DNA of 62,833 nt, filler included, from Basidiobolus ranarum (lineage: Eukaryota), in the NCBI GenBank assembly GCA_040143965.1. It is 4 parts of 4 records of this genome, joined end to end, with 100 filler letters (N's around TTAATTAATTAA, not from the genome) between each part and the next. Parts side by side here need not be neighbours in the genome. Positions count along the whole stretch, not along the records: positions 47,247 to 62,833 come from JASJQH010000373.1; 3 more parts are not named here. One strand, 5' to 3'. Positions 47,966 through 62,833 of this stretch are shown here, one piece after another. The notes beneath the pieces are model-generated. The model was not told the origin of the DNA, did no database searches, and worked only from the letters and a program-made list of their open reading frames with translations. The position numbers were made by a program, and so were the translations under genes. Position 1 is the first letter of the stretch, and each line of letters opens with the position of its first letter.

Positions 47966-49646
47966 ATGACTCAGCTACACGAAGAAGCCGAGACTTATGT
48001 ACTCCCTGGTTTGAGAGTTTTCGACAAATATTTTGAGGTTCCACTTGGTACGTACACTTTATATTATTCCGAGGCTTCTTTAATCTCAAGAAGGATAAAT
48101 ACTTAACTGTTTACTCCTTTCAACCTATATTAGACCATAACAATGAGAGTGGTGAAAAGATTCGAGTTTTCGCACGTCAAGTAATCGCTTTGGAAAAAGA
48201 ACAAGACGTAGAGAAACTACCTTTTATTGTTTACCTTCAGGTATATTGAACAGAAATGGAATATTTTTCCAAAGAAATAAGACTAAAAATCGTTTAACAG
48301 GGCGGACCAGGTTTTGAATGTCGTTATCCTAGTAATAGTGGTTGGATGAAAGCAGCTTTTGCTAAGGGTTATCAAATTTTACTACTTGACCAAAGAGGAA
48401 CCGGTCTTTCCACTTCCATCAATACTACTTCTCTAGAAAAGTTCACCACTTCCGAAGAGAAGGCTGAATACTTAAGATACTTCCGTGCCGATTCAATTAT
48501 CAAAGATTGTGAGATAATTCGCAAAGAACTTCTTAAGAATAGAGAGAGTCAGAAATGGTCACTTTTAGGCCAAAGTTTTGGAGGCTTTTGTATTGCCACC
48601 TACCTTTCACTATTTCCGGAAAGTTTGGACTTTGCCTTGATCACAGGTGGAGTTCCACCCTTGGTGAACAATCCTGATCCTGTGTACCAACGTCTTTACA
48701 AACGAGTCGTCAAAAGAAACCAACAATATTATCAAAAATACCCCAAAGATGTAGCCAGAGTTCGAATGATTGTGGAATATTTAGCAAATAATCCTACAAA
48801 ACTTCCAAATGGTGGGGATCTTACTATTCGTAGATTCCAGCAACTTGGCCTTATGTTTGGCTTCACTGGTGGCTTCGATACGGTTCATCAAGTGGTCTTG
48901 ACTGGTGCATCCAATTTGGAGAACTTAGGGAAATTCACTTACAGATTTTTGGAAAATATACAAGAGCTTCAATCATTTGATACCAATAACCTTTATGCCA
49001 TTTTGCATGAGACTATTTATTGTCAAGGGGAATCTCACAGATGGGCTGCTGAAAGAGTACGAGCTGAATATAATCAATTTGAAAGCAATTGGGAGGTCTA
49101 TCAAAACAACTCTGAGAAGCCAATCTATTTCACAGGTTGGTACTTTCGCTCCACAGGAATATGAATCCCTTTCTCTAACCTATTTTTCTCATGAAACAGG
49201 CGAAATGGTATATTCCTGGATGTTTGATGATTATGCTGAGCTAAGACCTCTTAAGGAAACTGCCGAGATATTAGCCAACTATGACAGATGGGGACCTCTT
49301 TATAATGAAAACCGCCTTCGTGAAAACACCGTCCCCGTTGCCGCTGTATCCTACTACAACGATATGTAAGTGCATTTGCTGAATAGGGATATCATCTCCG
49401 GACACTAACGTATAAGGGACATCTATCCAGGTTTGTTGATGTGGTTCTTAGTGAGGAGACTGCAGGTACCATTAAAGGGATGCACCAGTGGATTACCAAC
49501 AAATATCATCACAAGTAAGTCCTTGGTAAGATATTCATTGATTTCCACGTAGACTCAACTCATTTATTTTCAGTGGACTTCGTGAGGATGGCTACGAGAT
49601 CTTCAACTTTCTCTATCGTTTGAAGAGTGGCGATGTTGATATCTAA
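47966..49646 (+). CDS. Proline iminopeptidase (S33 alpha/beta hydrolase), 6 exons
   Basis: FEVPL|DH, YLQ|GGPGF, LDQRGTGLS, GQSFGGF, YFT|GEM, YYNDM|FVD, HHN|GLR. Confidence 0.93.
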
Positions 49647-50407
49647 GTTGACCGACGTTACTACCCCACACTTGCCCCTACACACTTGCACCAGTTCATG
49701 CATCATTTGATTACCTCATTCCAACTTGACAATTATATAAATTACCATATTGTTAACATACTCCATATATTCTCTGCATTGGACTACCTAACCTTATTAC
49801 ATAATCGAGAATATATCGAGATGTACATGTCTCTGACCTTTTTCGTTAACGTGACCGTGATGGTGACAGTGATTCAGATTGAATAAGTAAAAAGAATAGT
49901 CCATTACAATAGATATACTAGGAAATCACTTGGTCCCAGAAAACTACGAACGAATCAATGTATAGCCCACAACTTTTTGTGAGGATGGGATTGGGTTAAG
50001 TATTTATATATTCAAGCTTAGTCTCCTCTGGAATTCTTTGTACAACTGGTGCAAATAAGGTATGACTGAATGGTGAATGGGTGGATAGTATTTGTATGGT
50101 GTATAAGGGAAGAATTTCGCTAAAATCCTGGCCCGATAAAATATGATAAATCAATTTAAATACTTCAATCTAAAAACCAGAGGATATTTTTTTTTCTTTT
50201 TTTTCTTTTCTTATTCGACCATCGTATTGATGTACCCATGTTAATGTAATGGTAAATCAGTGTGTCTAGTGAAGGTCAAGTATGAATTGGAAAAAAAAAA
50301 ATTCCTTTTTTACAATGAGTGGATTTTTTTTTTAATTAAATAAGGAGGTACGTTTCGTTTAAGTGAAAATTACTCGCCTCTCTTTCCTATATTCTACTTA
50401 TCACATT

Positions 50408-51499
50408 ATGGGTTCCAAAGTTACCGAAAAATCCCCCAAGGCCTCCAAGGTCGAGAAGACCCCTAAGAAGGAAAAGTCTGAAGACAAACTAAAGGTCAAG
50501 ACTCCTAAGGATAAGAAGGAAAAGACCCCTAAGAAGGAGAAGAAGGAAAAGACCCCCAAGAAGGAGAAGAAGGAGAAGACTCCTAAGAAGGAAAAGAAGG
50601 AGAAGAAGGTTGAATCCTCCGACTCTGAAGCCGAAGAAGAGGTCAAGGAAGAGAAGGCTGCTTCCCCCGTTCCTGAGAAGGAAGCCGAGTCTTCTGACTC
50701 TGAAGTCGAGACTCCTGCTGAGGCTGTTGCTGAGGTTGCTGAAGTTGAGCAAACCAGCACCAAGAGATCCGCTGATGATGAAGAGGTTGAAGAATCTGAG
50801 ACCAAGAAGCAAAAGGTTGAAGAAGAAGGTCCTACCACCGTCTTCGTTGGTGGTTTGTCCTGGAGCGTTGATAACGACTGGCTTCGTGATGAGATGAAGG
50901 ACTGTGGTGAAATTGTTGATGTCCGTATCATTACTGACAGAGACTCTGGTAGATCCAAGGGTTTCGGTTACGTTGAATTCGCCGATCACGCTGGTGCCCA
51001 AAAGGCCATGGAAGCTTCCGGAAGAGAGATCGATGGTCGTGCCATCCGTGTCGACTTCTCCGAGAAGAAGCCTGCCGCCAAGAAGCCCGAAAGAACTTAT
51101 GAAAGCCAAAACAACGAGCCCAGTGATACTCTTTTCATTGGTAACCTTTCCTTCAACACCACTGAAGACTCCGTTAGAGCTGCCTTCGCTGAATGTGGTG
51201 AGGTCCTCTCTATCAGACTTCCTACCGATAGAGATACTGGTAGACCCAAGGGTTTCGGTTATGTCCAATTCGCTTCCGTTGATGTTGCTAAGGCTGCCAT
51301 GGAATGGAACGGTTCCGATCTTGATGGTCGTAACATCAGACTTGACTTCGCTGCCGCTCGCCAAGAAGGTGGTGGTGACCGTGGTTTCGGTGGCGGTCGT
51401 GGTGGAGGCCGTGGTGGTCGTGGTGGTGCTCGCGGTGGATTCTCTTCCAACCGTGGTGGTGTCGGAGAATTCAAGGGTACCAGAATTACCTTCGATTAA
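50408..51499 (+). CDS. NSR1: Nucleolin-like protein (Nsr1/gar2): K/E/S-rich N-terminus, two RRMs, RGG tail
   Basis: VFVGGLSW, SKGFGYVEF, LFIGNLSF, PKGFGYVQF, GTRITFD end; strong codon bias. Confidence 0.95.
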   Translation: MGSKVTEKSPKASKVEKTPKKEKSEDKLKVKTPKDKKEKTPKKEKKEKTPKKEKKEKTPKKEKKEKKVESSDSEAEEEVKEEKAASPVPEKEAESSDSEVETPAEAVAEVAEVEQTSTKRSADDEEVEESETKKQKVEEEGPTTVFVGGLSWSVDNDWLRDEMKDCGEIVDVRIITDRDSGRSKGFGYVEFADHAGAQKAMEASGREIDGRAIRVDFSEKKPAAKKPERTYESQNNEPSDTLFIGNLSFNTTEDSVRAAFAECGEVLSIRLPTDRDTGRPKGFGYVQFASVDVAKAAMEWNGSDLDGRNIRLDFAAARQEGGGDRGFGGGRGGGRGGRGGARGGFSSNRGGVGEFKGTRITFD

Positions 51500-51827
51500 A
51501 TCGGTTCTTTCATTTTTTTAATCTTATATATAGAGTTTATTAACCAAACACCTGAAAATGTATTATGTTTAAATCATTTCACACTTGTATTTCGTCTATA
51601 TTATTCCCATTGTTATGTTGGTATATAATAAATACTTGCTACTCGCAGATAGATTCCTTTACGTATATGTTCCACAGGTTATGTATACATGCGTTTCCAC
51701 TTGCAAAACGTTTCTGTTACGTTCGAGAAGAATCATTCCTTTACCAGTTCCTACGCATCGGAGCTTTTATTCTGAAACTGGAAAACTATATAATGTTGGA
51801 TCTCAAGAGTGGTTCATCATACTAATC

Positions 51828-52232
51828 ATGAAGGTTTACTTTCTACTGGGTTTATTTCTCATTGGAGCCGCTAGCGCCGATAAAGCTGGATCGAAGTCCG
51901 AGATAAATTATCAAAAAGCCACACAAGAGCGTATTCAATTTTACACTAAAACTATCAAAGAATTCCAGACAATAGAACATAATGCCCACAAGAAAGGAAC
52001 ATTGAAAGGCTATAGGGAGTACTCTGATGGACTCTATCATTTGAAGAATTTAAAAGATATTGAGAGGCAGCTACGTAGAAAATGGGAAGATTCAAGAAGA
52101 GTACTGCTTAAAGGACATGATGATGAAAAGAAAGAAGATTTGATTGACAAACAGCAAGATCGTTTCGATGAATTAAGTGATACATTCTTCGAAGAATACG
52201 AGAACGCTGTCAATGCGGTATTGAAAGCCTAA
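51828..52232 (+). CDS. Small secreted, charged helical protein of unknown function (134 aa)
   Basis: MKVYFLLGLFLIGAASA signal, TATATAA at 51787, AATAAA after stop. Confidence 0.75.
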   Translation: MKVYFLLGLFLIGAASADKAGSKSEINYQKATQERIQFYTKTIKEFQTIEHNAHKKGTLKGYREYSDGLYHLKNLKDIERQLRRKWEDSRRVLLKGHDDEKKEDLIDKQQDRFDELSDTFFEEYENAVNAVLKA

Positions 52233-52419
52233 GTGTAGAATTTCCAAAAATAAAGCGTCTTTATCTTATTTTAAGAGTCTTGATATGATACATATTTTAG
52301 CAGCGTTATATGTACATTAGTTAAGTCCTAATAACCAAGACGAAGGGTGGAAAGGGTATAGGGAAGTGGGAAGGGAGGTCAGAGAGCAGTGGGACCATGT
52401 CTGAAATAAGTTCAAATTG

Positions 52420-54744
<2,325 letters not shown>

Positions 54745-55070
54745 TCTATCAATCAGCTGTAGAAGCCAAGGGTTAGGCCAAGCTCTGTGTCCCAAATTAT
54801 AAGAGATCGGATTAGGGGGTTGGAGAGATTAGGAAGCTTAAATAGAAGTCACAATAGTAATTGATCTGCATCCCTATACATTCCCCTACATGTTCCATGT
54901 TTGCCCTGGTTTTCTCAAACCACAGCCTTTAGATGAACAAATCAGCACGTCTACACACTTGTGCTGTTGTCCAATGATATACTATATAGTCATTGGACAT
55001 AGAGGCTAATTGATGCTGGCCAATTTGTTTTAACTGACTAGCATATTGTTTGGATTCAGTAATTCTAAGG

Positions 55071-55103
55071 ATGCGTTCCAAGAATGCGTTCCAAGAATGC
55101 GTT
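55071..55103. repeat. 13-bp tandem repeat (2.5 copies) in the divergent GH47/NDUFB7 intergenic region
   Basis: atgcgttccaaga atgcgttccaaga atgcgtt. Confidence 0.85.
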
Positions 55104-55498
55104 TTGTTATCAACACCATAGCCATCAATGCTATAAGATACTCGATTTGCTACACATCCGTCCCTCTAGAGCCGCATTTGTAAATCAAAGAATCTAAACA
55201 ATTTGTTTAACCTAATTCGGAAGAACTCTGGGGCCCCCGGATATATTGTATATAACACTAAGCACCCAAAAGTAAGATTTGTGATAAAATTGCTCCTACA
55301 ACTACCCCGCGCTGGCAATCTCAGTCAACATCAATGAGAATTCAAGAAAAAAAGAGGGGGTCTCCACCCCAAATAACCCCAACGAAAGCTAAATTACATG
55401 TCGAATACCCAAAGGTCCTAGATCTAAAAAGTTTCTAAACTAGTTGTGTTTTTCCTTGTTGTTTCGCCCTTAGTCGTTAGTGCATTATTTCCACAAAT

Positions 55499-55997
55499 AT
55501 GGCCACCGAAGCTGAAGGTATGTTTTCTGAAGTTAGCTACAATGACATACTGCACATACCTCTCCCAAACTTGTAACTCTGGACTTCATTTCTTATACAA
55601 TAATGTTTTCTACTTGTCGATTTAACAAATTCAGATTTTACCTTGGAGCCTCCACCACCAATGGTTGCCACCCAAAAGGAGATGTCGGATGCTCGTATCC
55701 CTCTAGCATATCGTGATGGTTGTGCCCATCTTCTTATTCCTTTGAATAAATGCCGTGAAGCCTCCTGGTATCTTCCCTGGAAGTGTGAAGATGAGCGTCA
55801 CGGTTACGAGAAGTGTCAGTACGATGAGTAAGTAATTTTGTGACCTTGAGAAGGGGTCGGTTATTTGATAATGGAATGAAATTTCTTAATTAACAAACCA
55901 TAAACTTGCTTTCTTTAGTTATATGCGTCGTTTTAGAAATATGCAAAAGTTGAAGCGTAAGCAAGAGTTTGAAGAGAGCCAGGCTAAGCAAGAATAA
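55499..55997 (+). CDS. NDUFB7: Complex I subunit B18 (3 exons)
   Basis: MVATQKEMSDARIPLAYRDGCAHLLIPLNKCR..PWKCEDERHGYEKCQY, twin CX9C. Confidence 0.95.
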
Positions 55998-56415
55998 ACA
56001 TGACAACCCTCACTTCTTTTCCAAGTCTATCACATGTACATGTTCTATGTTGAATTCTCATCTACAACTACTACACACTACTTTAAGATATACAACATGC
56101 ACTCCAATCTATCGCGCATTCTTTTTGGCACAATTTTTTTCAAAACCATATAAATTGACGTCATTTCACAACAATTACACTGCACTACCTTACGAATTGT
56201 ATGAATGGAATTATAGTATTTACAACACAATACCCCTAACCTAGCATATGCTTCAAACCCAGAACGGCAAGTGTGTGGTAGAGAGTATGATTGAAAACGG
56301 GCCCCATGGTTTTATTCATGTGCGATAATAAAAGGAAATATGGATTTCATGCAATAGTGATGTTTATTTGGTGATGGTTAAAGATAAAGAATGTGATGCA
56401 TTGACATTGACAGGA

Positions 56416-57811
56416 TTAAGAAGTGTAATGATTAGCCATTAACTTGGCGATAGTCTGTAGCTGAATATTGCTGGTACCTTCATAGATGGCACCAATCTTA
56501 CTATCACGAAGATATTTTTCAACTGGGAATTCTCGGGTAAAACCAACACCACCCATCCATTCAACACATTTGGAGGCGGTCTTCTCGGCTATTTGAGAGG
56601 AGTACAATTTGGCCATAGCGGCCTCTTTGACAAATGATTGACCTTGCTCCTTCAATCTGGCGGCATTGTAAGTGAGAAGTCTGGCTGCTTCGAGTTCAGT
56701 AGCGACTTGGGCATATTGGAATTGCATTCCTTGGAAGCTACCGATGGGCTGGTTGAATTGCTTACGTTGGAACAAATAAGGCATGGTGTGATCAAGGGCA
56801 CCTTGTGCTAAACCAATCATTTGGGCGGCAATTCCTACTCTTCCTTCGTTGAGAATCTCAATAGCATACTTGTATCCCTTGCCATACTCTCCTACAATAT
56901 TCTCCTTGGGTACCTTAAGGTCATCGAAACTCAAAGAGCAAGTAGATGAAGCGCGGATACCAAGCTTGCTTTCCTTTTTAGCGATTTGAACTCCCATCTC
57001 CTTCTCGGCAATGAAACAAGTGATTCCCTTGTATCCCTTGGAAGGATCAGCATTTGCGAAAATCAAAAAGATCTCGGCCTCAGCAGAGTTGGTGATCCAC
57101 ATCTTACTGCCGTTAATCAAGTAATGATCACCTTTATCTTCGGCTCTTGTAGCCAAGGCAAAAGCGTCACTACCTGACCCAACCTCAGACAAGCAGAAGC
57201 AACCGATCTTGTTTGATGCCAACTGAGGCAAGTACTTATCTTGAAGCTCCTTGGAAGCGTATTTTCTGATCAATGTGTTGACCAAAGTATTCTGAACATC
57301 ACAGAGAACTGAGACTGAGGGGTCGACCTTGGCCAGTTCCTCAACCACAATAATGGCTGAAAGGAAAGAAGCATTTGCACCTCCGTGGTCAGAGCTGGTT
57401 TCAACTCCCATTAAACCTTGATCAAATAGACCTTGGATGATACTCTTGTCCATTGTTTCTTTCTCGTCCATCTCGGATACCTTGGGTAAGATTTGTTCAG
57501 TAGCGAATCTAGAGACTACATGAATTTGATAACATTTAGGTTAATTTGTACTTCTTATATATCTAAATGATATGGAAGATCCCTACCTGCATCGCGAAAC
57601 ATGCCTTCCTCCTCAGTGAGTGAATTTAAAGAGGCGAACTGGTTAGAAGCGCCATGAGTCTGAGAGAAATATCTAATGTATGGATTAGTAAATGTCGATT
57701 GTTGTCACAAAAACAAGCAGCCACTTACCTAGCAGGTTGAATAGCGGCTAAAGCTCTGGCGGACTTCAACGTAGGAATCAAGCGTTTACCGATATTTGCA
57801 AGAGAGGACAT
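56416..57811 (-). CDS. ACADSB: Short/branched-chain acyl-CoA dehydrogenase, mitochondrial (2 introns)
   Basis: [49 protein letters not shown]; presequence [10 protein letters not shown]. Confidence 0.95.
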
Positions 57812-58614
57812 TCTTGTGACGGAAGGAGTGAAAGTTATGGCTTGAATATAGTTGAAGAAGCGACTGCGTCAATTTTGTAGATGCGGGCCACTCCTTTTAT
57901 TTAGGAGTCTCAGGACCAAGGGAATACCAATTCAACTCATGCGTTGAAATGGGATCAATATCAATATGCTGACAAGTCTCATGATCAAACATATATTATA
58001 CTACACATAAAGTAAAAAAGACTGGACAATGACGTTTCGTCAGGAGATTCACTGATCAATCTGTATTACTGCAATTTGAATTTGCATGTGATGAATTACT
58101 AGAACGGCTACCTCCAACCAGTGGCTTACTGAGGCGATCTCGAGTGCAGGCTTAAGTAATATTGATTACAATACTGGATAAGCTGAAAGCAAATCTGAGA
58201 CAATAGAAAAAAGGTAAACAATTTCTACCGTCTCCTTGATTTTTCACACAACGGAGCTTTGTAGCAAATTGGCGATGCGATAACCTACCGAACACGAGGC
58301 CGGAGCTCTAAAGCGCGGTTTCCCACGCAACGGTGAATCACTCATGGCACTTTAAACTTCTCTTTGTTCAACCATTCTAGACTTAGATTACACCTTAAAT
58401 GCTTATAGTATTAATCCGATAAAATCACACATCGATTGCGCTCTGTATCGAGAGTCATTCAATACTTGACATAGATCCCATTCCAAATACCACTAAAATC
58501 ACAACTCCGAAATAAACATCTCTCATACGGATTCAAGTATTAATTTATTGAAACGATATTTTGGCCAAACATGTTCAAGACAAGATGACAAGTGTGGTTA
58601 CATGAAGAGTAAAT

Positions 58615-59354
58615 TTATTTGTTCAAGAGAATACCATCGTACTTCTGTTTGAACCACTTCTGGGTCTCCTCCTTGGTAACACGGTGGGAGAAACCAACCT
58701 TGGATTGGCATCTCTTTCTGCGAGAGACACGGAAACCGGGACGGCCCAACACGACGAAGAAGTTCATACCGTAAATACCGATGGAAGGATCGTACTTGAT
58801 ACCCAAATCAATATGTTCTTGAATACCGAAACCAAAGTTACCAGTGCTGGAGAAGTTGGATTTCTTCAATTCGTACTCCTTAACCTTGAGACCACGTTCC
58901 AAGATTTCCTCGGCCTTAGGACCACGGACAGTAGTGTGAACAGCGATCTTTTCGTTACGACGAATGCTGAAACTACGGACGGTGTAACGAGCCTTGGAGT
59001 AGACTGGGGTTTGACCAGTCAATTGTTCCAAAACCTTAGCAGCACGGGTAAGTCTATCACCAGATTCACCAACGCAAATGTTGAGAACGAGTTTTTCAAT
59101 ACGCAATTCGCGCATGGTGTTGGTAGAGGTAGCAGAAGCTTCAGCGGCCTACATAACTTTTGATTAGCTGAATGATTCTTTTTAACAATAACACGTCTTC
59201 TGAGAATGTGAGATGTATGCATGATAGATGCAAAATGGATAAACAGCTGCCAACAGAATAAACTAACTTCTGAATGGCAGAGCTCATCTTTAATCCCTCG
59301 TGTGATAGTACTCGAGAATGTGTTGAAATAAACGACAACATAAATACGTACCAT
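58615..59354 (-). CDS. RPL11: 60S ribosomal protein uL5/L11 (ATG-only first exon, ~200-nt intron)
   Basis: [58 protein letters not shown]...GCTAAT...TAG|GCC. Confidence 0.98.
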
Positions 59355-60089
59355 TTTTAAGTATATTATACTAACGCCTTAACACGGTCTACACGCCAGA
59401 AGAGAAGGAGTAAATAGAAAAGATGGAAGAAACACTTTATTCGACCATCTCCATGCAAAATCGAGAATCAAACTTTTTAACCAATAATATATCCGGATAG
59501 CCCAGTTCAGGAGCATAAATTCTTTTTTTTCTTTGAATAAATCAAAAGATACTATTCAAACTAGAATCGAGTAAAATGTTGATTTCTTCACGGGCTACCA
59601 TTATCATCGATACACTTTTGCGAGAACTACTGGTGTTTTTAGAAATAACGTTAGTTGATGACAAGGTATACTTGTCGAGATACTGCCTTTATAACTTAGT
59701 TTAAGAGTCAGAACACTGATGATAGCCAAGTCTCAAGAGATTCGGTTTGAAATTTCGATAGTTAAATGTTGTGAATGATATCCTGCTTAATTCATTGGTT
59801 TCTTACTATGGTAGAGCATGTTTTTGAGGGAAAGTCGGTGTTTTAGATTGATAGAGCTACTCTCGAAATCACTAATATCGACTGCGCTGTTGCATGTTAA
59901 CTTTAACCGGATACATATTTATTGCCATAGAACCCATATATAATTAGAGTATACCAGCTATTTACTATCCACAGTAATGACTACTCTTTTATTATTAACC
60001 AAGTATGGTATTGAGAGTTATGGATTAGAGAAGTGATGGTATGTAATGGAGCAAGGGTAGCCCAAGCTCATGTAGCTTCAGTATTTTCA

Positions 60090-61122
60090 TTACATAAAAT
60101 CATCTTCGAAGTCTTCAGGGTTATCGTAATCCTGATTGCTTCTCATCTCATTTTCCTTAAAGATGTTGGAGTATGATTTTTGTTCGGCCAGTTTCTTTTG
60201 TTCCTCTAATTTGCGTTTCTCTTCTTCCTTGATTTTTGCTTGTTGATTACGAATTGCCATCCTTAATTCTTTATCATGTTCTTCTTTGTCTCCTTGAAGA
60301 TCCGGATACCTTTCTTGCTTGGTTTTCTCTAATCTATTGACAATTTCGTTGACACGTTTTTCTATGTAAACTCGTTTAACTAAGCGCTGGTTATGGAAAC
60401 TAACTTGTCCAGTGGACATATCGCCAGTTTTCTTTAGATTAGACCAAGGTGTATAAATGATCGTCAAGTTATTCTTCTTATTTCCTTCGATACTATTTGC
60501 TTTGACGAGTTGACCGAGGTCTATAAGCAAATCCTCTGGTATATTCTCCCATGTTTGTCCAGGGTTTAAGCGCAAGTATACGTGAGCACTTGAGAGTTTA
60601 TCAACGTGAAACTATAATACAAAATAAAGCAAAAATATAAGAACAATGTTCTCTGTAGATAACAATACCAGCCATACTGAAGGAATATTCTTACATACCC
60701 TATGATGAATTCAACAAATGACAACGCAAGATGCACTGATTAGCCAAGGAAAAGTATAGGTGATGTGTATTGCATCAGTCACCAAATATTTTTCTTCTTA
60801 ATGATAACCTACCATACGTCCTCTTCCCAACCATATTTGATTAGATTTTCGTCTAAATTTCAGACATTAGTATTGTTTGAAAGATCAAGAAGGTGTTTTT
60901 GAAGTGAATTTTGTGAGCTATATTTGAAATGGATAATGTAAAGAAATGTATACTAACTTTCATATTTGTCCTTTCCCATATAGACCAAAGCGGGAGGATC
61001 AACAACTTGAAATTGCAAACATTTGGTGTGAGTACAAAATCAATATACGAAATGTTCCAAATGAAAAAACGTTCATAGCATATACAATAGAATTTACCTT
61101 TACTAGTGAAATACAAAACCAT
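60090..61122 (-). CDS. CCDC25: CCDC25/Jlp2 (NFACT-R, DUF814) protein, 4 exons
   Basis: MVLYFTS, VYMGKDKYE|NENLIKYG, W|FHVDKLSSAHVYLR, QLVKANSIEGNK, EDDFM end. Confidence 0.95.
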
Positions 61123-61401
61123 CTTTTGTTTCGAACCTGGTTACAAGTTTGAGTCTTTACTAGCGAAAAATATAAAGAACAACGTGTTAAATCATATATG
61201 CAAAAAATTACATTCGTTTAAAATTCGTTTACTTGATTCGGCAAAAAGAATCGTGGAGATTCAGATTTGGTAGTAAATAAATATATTCTAGTCTTTATTC
61301 CAATACTATCTCAACATAATCAACAATTTAATCATTTTCGATCTCTGATGGCATAGATATTATGAAATGGGCAAGACATGTAAACAAAATAAAGAGCTCG
61401 A

Positions 61402-62016
61402 TTACTGCTTATCAACAACAGCAACACATTCAATCTCAACAAGAGCATCTTTAGGGAGACGAGCAACTTCTACAGCAGCTCTAGCGGGTCGAGCATCACC
61501 CATAAGTTCGGCATATACCTCGTTCATGGAGGCGAAGTCGTTCATATCCTTTAGAAAAACGTTGGTTTTCAAAACCTTACTAAAATCAGCACCGGCTTCG
61601 TTCAATATAGCACGGATGTTAGTAAGAGACTGGCGCTATCAAACGGTATATGTTATTAATAGATAAAATGCAATAGATGCGTGTATTGATATTTACAGTT
61701 TGTTCTTTGACATCTTGAGACTCGATATTTCCAGTTAAAGGATTGACAGGAAGTTGGCCAGATACAAAAATAAAGCCATTAGCGGTCATAGCCTGCGCTT
61801 TCGAGATAAAATAAATGGTTATTCTTTAGGTCTAAAACAAAAATATGCACACCGATTGTCGAGTGACCTATCTTATGAGAACTTACAGTAAGGTCCAATT
61901 GCAGCAGGAGCATTTTCAGTATGAATGCTAGTTGGTTTAGCACTCATGTATCTAGCCAAAACTGGTACAATACTGCGACGAGTGGCGAATGTGACTTTGC
62001 TAGTAAGTGTCAACAT
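61402..62016 (-). CDS. MMF1: RidA/YjgF enamine deaminase with mitochondrial presequence (3 exons)
   Basis: [55 protein letters not shown]. Confidence 0.93.
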
Positions 62017-62833
62017 CTTATCTTCTATACACCCAAATTAATTAGAGGTATTTTGTAGAGCTGTGTGCAAAGCCTGTACTTCAGGTTGAAATGTTATAAA
62101 AAATTTCAGCCTATCATCATTATGATAGATAAGTAGTTTCCAAGTTCACTGAAATATTTGCATAAATTATTTTGCAGATAAGCAGGGTGACCTCAGGTTG
62201 TACAAGCTTAATACTCTAATTACGCATCTCTAATGAAGCATAATTTTTTGTTTAACTAGTTTAAATGCATAAATATCACTTTTTGCCAAGAACAATCCCT
62301 TTATATGGAAACAAATTAGAATGCTATCTGATTCCAATTTGGTTACCACTGCTGTTACCTAATCCCGCATCTATTTATTTGGTTAATGTATTTCCTATTT
62401 CGACTGCAGTAACCTGAAAAATAGTAGTCCGGTGTGACATTTAGTATCACGCTTAAGAGTGCTAGAGAGCTCCAATGGCCCAATGTTACCATTGACTTTC
62501 TAGATACAAGACCCAAAGATTTCTTGAACAGGCAAATTCATCAAGCTACGATCAGATTGATTTGAAACCAAAGCCATTCAGAGTGACTTATTACCAGGAT
62601 ATAATTCACAATTAATGTAAAATGAAATTTGTGCTAGGTGATTCAACTGTTTACCACCATCCCGTTCCTCACCTTGATTATTAACCACTAAATACATTTG
62701 GAAATGTCGAACATGGGAGCTGTGCTTGTGATATCTTTACCAATGAAAGCTCGAGTTACCTGCATGCTACTACCTTATGCTAAACCTATAAAACCAAGAC
62801 GCTTACCATTATTAAATAGCCAGTCATCCTTTG

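Noticed and set aside
47966-49646. Recent bacterial HGT of the proline iminopeptidase
   Set aside because: Five spliceosomal introns and the family is widespread in fungi; needs a phylogeny
50401-51521. Long overlapping ORFs around NSR1 (similar at DUG1 and RPL11)
   Set aside because: By-product of strong codon bias and low complexity in highly expressed genes

Overview
Intron-containing fungal DNA, probably from an early-diverging (non-Dikarya) lineage; this is inferred from the SMS-type lipid synthase, the Cys/Met-type Ctr and the WC-1 gene. The window is four contigs (1-15731, 15832-31444, 31545-47146, 47247-62833; lengths decrease steadily) joined by identical 100-nt N-TTAATTAATTAA-N linkers, so adjacency across linkers is meaningless. 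Contig 1 is a nearly CpG-free transposon nest. It holds (i) a gene for a secreted, Kex2-site-bearing (DDCC)n Asp/Cys-repeat peptide abutting a decayed Ty1/copia element, (ii) a self-nesting CMC/EnSpm-like DNA transposon family with two divergent ORFs, CCCTAAC...GTTAGGG termini and a 4-bp TSD, and (iii) a probable LTR carrying a degenerate tRNA. Contigs 2-4 are ordinary euchromatin: Ctr copper transporter, MEF2-type MADS factor, WC-1-like LOV photoreceptor, Dug1, a GPI protein, a young Tc1/mariner-type MITE, CYT1, prefoldin 4, sphingomyelin-synthase-like protein, proline iminopeptidase, NSR1, GH47 mannosidase, NDUFB7, ACADSB, RPL11, CCDC25 and a RidA/MMF1 homolog. All calls were made by eye; exon borders and repeat limits are approximate.
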